Positions 60,306 through 64,000 of a stretch of 64,000 bases of DNA are shown here, piece after piece (the first letter of the stretch is position 1; each line of letters begins with the position of its first letter). The stretch is from Vicugna vicugna (taxonomy: Eukaryota), in NCBI GenBank assembly GCA_013265495.1, contig MU057711.1:2554844-2618843 (forward strand), read 5' to 3'. Under the pieces are notes generated by a model that saw only the letters and a list, made by a program, of their open reading frames with translations, made no database searches and was not told the origin of the DNA. A program made the translations under genes and the position numbers.

Positions 60306-61949
60306 GCAGGAGCGTCCCAGAGTCCGGCCCAAACCATTGTTCTCTGGTTCTCTCCTGAAAGTGAGGACTTTTTGGACAGTTGAAACAAGAGCATCTTATT
60401 CCATCTACTTATTTACATTGGTGGAAGCAAGAAGCCCAAACCTCTCACTCCCCAGGCTGAGAGAAATACCGTGCTGCCCCGGGGCCCCTGGCTGCACAGG
60501 GTCCCTGACTGGGCTGGGCTCTGCACCGGGCAGGGGTGTACATCCTTTCCCCACAGTGAAGCGGCCCGTGGTCTATGGGGGCACTGCTCTCTGGTCGACA
60601 GATGAAGTGCCGTCCGTCATAAGCAGCTTGGCTCTCAGCCACCCTGCTCAGCAGGGCACACGTGCTAGACCCTGGCAGCAGACCTGGGGCCTGTCCCCGG
60701 GCCAGGAGCTGCTGGCAGAGGCGGCCCAGCTGTGATCAGTGCACACCCCAGCCCCTTTGGCCTCTCCTGTTATCAGCACTCGGCTGTGGGGTGTGGCAGG
60801 CCAGCGGATGGTGGACCAGTGGCATGACAGGCAGGTCGTGTGGCAGGGGCAGCAGCCTGGCTGGCCAGTGGCCAGGCAGGAGCACAGAGACCCTGAGAGG
60901 TGCTGAGTGCAGGCAGCCTGCCGGGGATGCCGCTTGAGGCCTCACGGGGTGGTTGAGGCTCTGCTGGATCCGGCTTTGATCAGCTGTACGGCATCCCGAA
61001 GACAGCGTGGGTGGAAGAGAGGACGGAACGGCCAGGAATGAAAGACGGGGCCCCGAGAGAAGGAACAGCTGTGCTGATGACACGCGGACTGCCTGGCCGT
61101 GTGCTGCACGCGTCTGGACACTGCTTTCCCGTGTCCCCATGGCAGCCACCCCTCCGGTCGCGGGGCTGTCATTTCCATGTGCAGGTGAGGAGACTGAGGC
61201 ACACACAGGTGAAGTCATTTGTACATGGTCACACAGAGGAGCCATGGTCAAAATCAGACCCTCAAATGAGTTACTAATCTCTCGAAGCCTCAGTTTTTGT
61301 GATTGGAGTTGGGTAACAACGGCACCCAGTTTGTAGGGCTGTTCTGAGCATTTAGCGGTGCATGTAATGGGCAGAACAGAGCGCTTGGCATCCACTCGGC
61401 CCTTACCAGAGAAATGCTGGTTATTATTATCACTGAGTCCTTTATATTTGTGACCTCAGTTCCTCCCACACCCCGACAAGCCCATCCTCAGATCCTGGTT
61501 TCCACTGCAGAAACTCCTCTGAACACTGACTCGTAGGAAAATCCCAGTCACGCCAGCAGCAAGCTCTTGAAGCCCCGTGCCCCGCCCGGCCCTGGACGAT
61601 TTGCCTCGCGTGGGGACATCTCCTCCGCAGGGCTCCGAAATCCCAAAGGTTGGAGGGCAGGGCGCATTCTGGGTAATGCTGAACTTGGCCATTTTCTATT
61701 GGCATCAGCCATTTTCTCTGTGTCCAGAAATCACATTCCAAAAGCATGAGCCCTAGAGGAAGGGCCTGTGGTTGGGTGGGAGGGGCGTCCGTTGGGCCAG
61801 CAGAGCGTTCTTTCAACCGTCCTCACCAGGTGCTTGCCTCGCCTGGGGCCTCCGTCCTTCCTCCCCCAACTCCTCCCACCTGTTAGAAGCAGCCTGATCG
61901 CTTAGGGCTGAAAAAGGAGCAGAGACTTCAACTCTGGGCTCCTTAAACT

Positions 61950-62200
61950 TTGTCGTTCCCAGAGGACGTCCCACATTCTACTGGGGGGATGGGACTTGAG
62001 GCCAGTGGTGGACGTCTCGTATTGTAATGGTTCTGTATTTGTTTCATGTGCATTACATTTTTTAAAACCCCATTCCTAACTAGGACATCACACCCATGAT
62101 TGTATTGATGTTATGGCAAGACTAGATTTTTTTAAAAAGAGAAGAGAGAGGGCCGATTTCAAGAAAAGTATTAAGTGCTCATGGTAGCCCAGGTGGGACC
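61950..62200. mobile_element. MER103C-like hAT fragment
   Basis: taatggttctgtattt...ctaggacatcacacccatgatt...gatttcaagaaaagtattaagt; matches 15620-15920. Confidence 0.6.
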
Positions 62201-64000
62201 TGGTTCTGGGAGAAGTTGGGACGGTGGTCTGTGGATGCTGACAGCCTGCTGGGGTGACAGCCCAGGAGGTGGACTTTGCTGGCTTATTGCTGCCTGTGGC
62301 CGGCTGTGTCTCCAGGATGGGACCAACCAGTCTTTAGGGGTCATTTGTATCCTGTAGGGACTAGGACCTGAGGCTCAGAGGAAGGGGACGCAGTGGTTCC
62401 AGAGCCAGGCTCCAAGGGTCTGAAGTCCTCCCTGCCAAGCCCTGCCTCCTACTCCCTGCCCACCGTCCACCTTCCTGAGAAGTCTAGGAAGCAAGCCCAG
62501 GCTGGAGCCCCTAGGATGTAGATTACATGCCCAGGGATTACATCTCGAGCAGATAAAAACAGGGAGGGAGAAATCTGAGGAATTTTAATTACCGCCACAC
62601 ATCCCTGGAGCCCTGAAGTCTTGGTCCTCATAGGCCAAGCATGCAGGCCAGCTCTGCAGGCCGCAGCCCTGGGTGTCCGGCTTCCCGCTTCCACCCAGCT
62701 CGCTGGGCTCTCACGGTGGAGCCAGGCTCGGGGACCCTCGTGGCGATGCTGCAGCAAGGCCGGTGGTGGCAGCCTCCTCTGTCTGGCTTCCAACCTCATC
62801 CAGGCGTCTTGGGCTCGGGTTTTAGGAGCCTGTGGCTTGGTGCTGGGGGCTGTGGGCATCAGAGCTTTCAGTTGCGAGTAACGAGAGCCCACATGAACTG
62901 GTGTAAGCAAGACGGGTAATTTCATGGCTTCTGTACCTGTCCCGTCCCCAGGAAAGGCAGGTGAGGGTGGCCCTGGCCCAGGATTCACCCAGCAGGTATC
63001 TACTACGTGTGCCCTATGCCTCAGGAACTGTTCTAGAGCTAAAGAGATTCAGACCCCAGCCCTGGGAGGGCCTGTGTGTTAGGGAAGGCTGGCCTTGAGG
63101 CCGTGAACGAGCGCCCTCTCCCGGCACTGGCCTCTCTCTGCCCCCACGGGAGCTCTCTCCTGGGGAGGACCTTCTCCAGCAGCTGCAGAGGAGATTAGAC
63201 GCGCAGCCTTGGCACCCGAGAAGTCTTTCCTGCCAGCTCTCGTGAGAAGGATCCCGGGGGATGACTCCACGTGGCTGAGCCGCGGCTGGGGGACAGGTGC
63301 CATGCGGGTGGAAAGCTGCAGCCCCTCTGGTGACCTGTGGCTGTGGGCGGCTGCAGTGTCTTCTGGGGAGTGGCCAAAGGCCCTGCCCCACTTCGCTCAT
63401 TTGAGAGGAAGGGCCATTTCTCTCTGGAAGCCGCCCCTTGAGATCTGGATTCTGCTGACATCTGGTCCGGGAAGCGTGAGTCTGCTTCCCTCCCATCCCC
63501 AGGGAGGGGGGAATCTCTTGGAGCCTGGGCCCCCAGGAGCCCTCCCTAATGCTGCCGCCAGTGCCTTCTCCCTCCCCGCCACCCTACCACCCCACCCCTG
63601 TGGGCAGAGCAGACTTTGGAGGCCAGAGAAAGCTCCCAGGGGCAGAAGTAACAAAGGTCTCCAGGTTAGAGGCGCATGTTGGAGTCGGGGACATTGAGGC
63701 CCAGAAAGTGGATGGCCCTGGTTTCCCGCCCACTCTTGATTCGAGGGTCTAGCCCAAAATAAGGGGTCTGCCCCACTGCTGGGTGGGGGGCCAGAGCCCC
63801 AGAAGGTCTGTGCTGCAGGAGACCACGAGCATCATCCTGGCCTGCTGCCCTCTTCTCGAGGTGAGGACCCCAGGGCCTGGGGCCTTTAACCCACTTTCTG
63901 TCCTTATGTGACCTTGGACCAGCCACTTCATCTCCTGGCTGAGCCTCATAAGTGACACATAGATGTACTTATCTTAAACATTGGAACAGTTCTGATACAC

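Larger units (their letters stand above)
13571..64000 (+). other. NKD1: NKD1 intron 3 (runs past the window end)
   Basis: Starts with GT after exon 3. No sequence encoding the expected next residues (ELVGD...EEEDDF-like) was found by eye. Human NKD1 intron 3 is also tens of kb long. Confidence 0.85.

Noticed and set aside
60736..63697. Long ORFs (150-219 aa) near the window end
   Set aside because: GC-rich low-information translations, partly through MIR; none matches NKD1 exon 4 or a known domain.
1..64000. CRISPR arrays, operons, intact retroviral or transposase genes, processed pseudogenes
   Set aside because: None seen. This is a eukaryotic gene 5' end with a long intron and decayed repeats.

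Overview
Mammalian genomic DNA, most likely camelid: it carries two tRNA-Ala-derived vic-1-type SINEs. The window holds the 5' end of NKD1 (naked cuticle homolog 1, a Wnt-induced negative-feedback inhibitor that binds Dishevelled) on the + strand. A CpG-island promoter (~11.5-13.6 kb) is followed by three small coding exons: 12499-12523, 12692-12724 and 13437-13570. They splice in frame to 64 codons: MGKLHSKPAAVCKRRESPEGDSFAVSAAWARKGIEEWIGRQRCSGGSSGPRQLRAAGTVGRGTR. The supplied ORF track does not show this gene as such. The remaining ~50 kb is intron 3; I could not find exon 4 in the window. About 11 kb of upstream intergenic DNA precedes the gene. Non-coding DNA is dense in old repeats (MIR, L2, L1M, MLT/ERVL LTRs, hAT MERs), with a few younger L1 3' ends, and there are two assembly gaps. 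I found no evidence of a new multi-gene system. The best leads are regulatory: a minimal uORF, a frame-symmetric 33-nt exon with a distant branch point, TCF/LEF sites with helper-like motifs, candidate intronic enhancers, a cryptic tandem repeat in intron 2, a MER53 hairpin, and CpG-rich old repeats. Repeat family names and boundaries were assigned by eye and are approximate.
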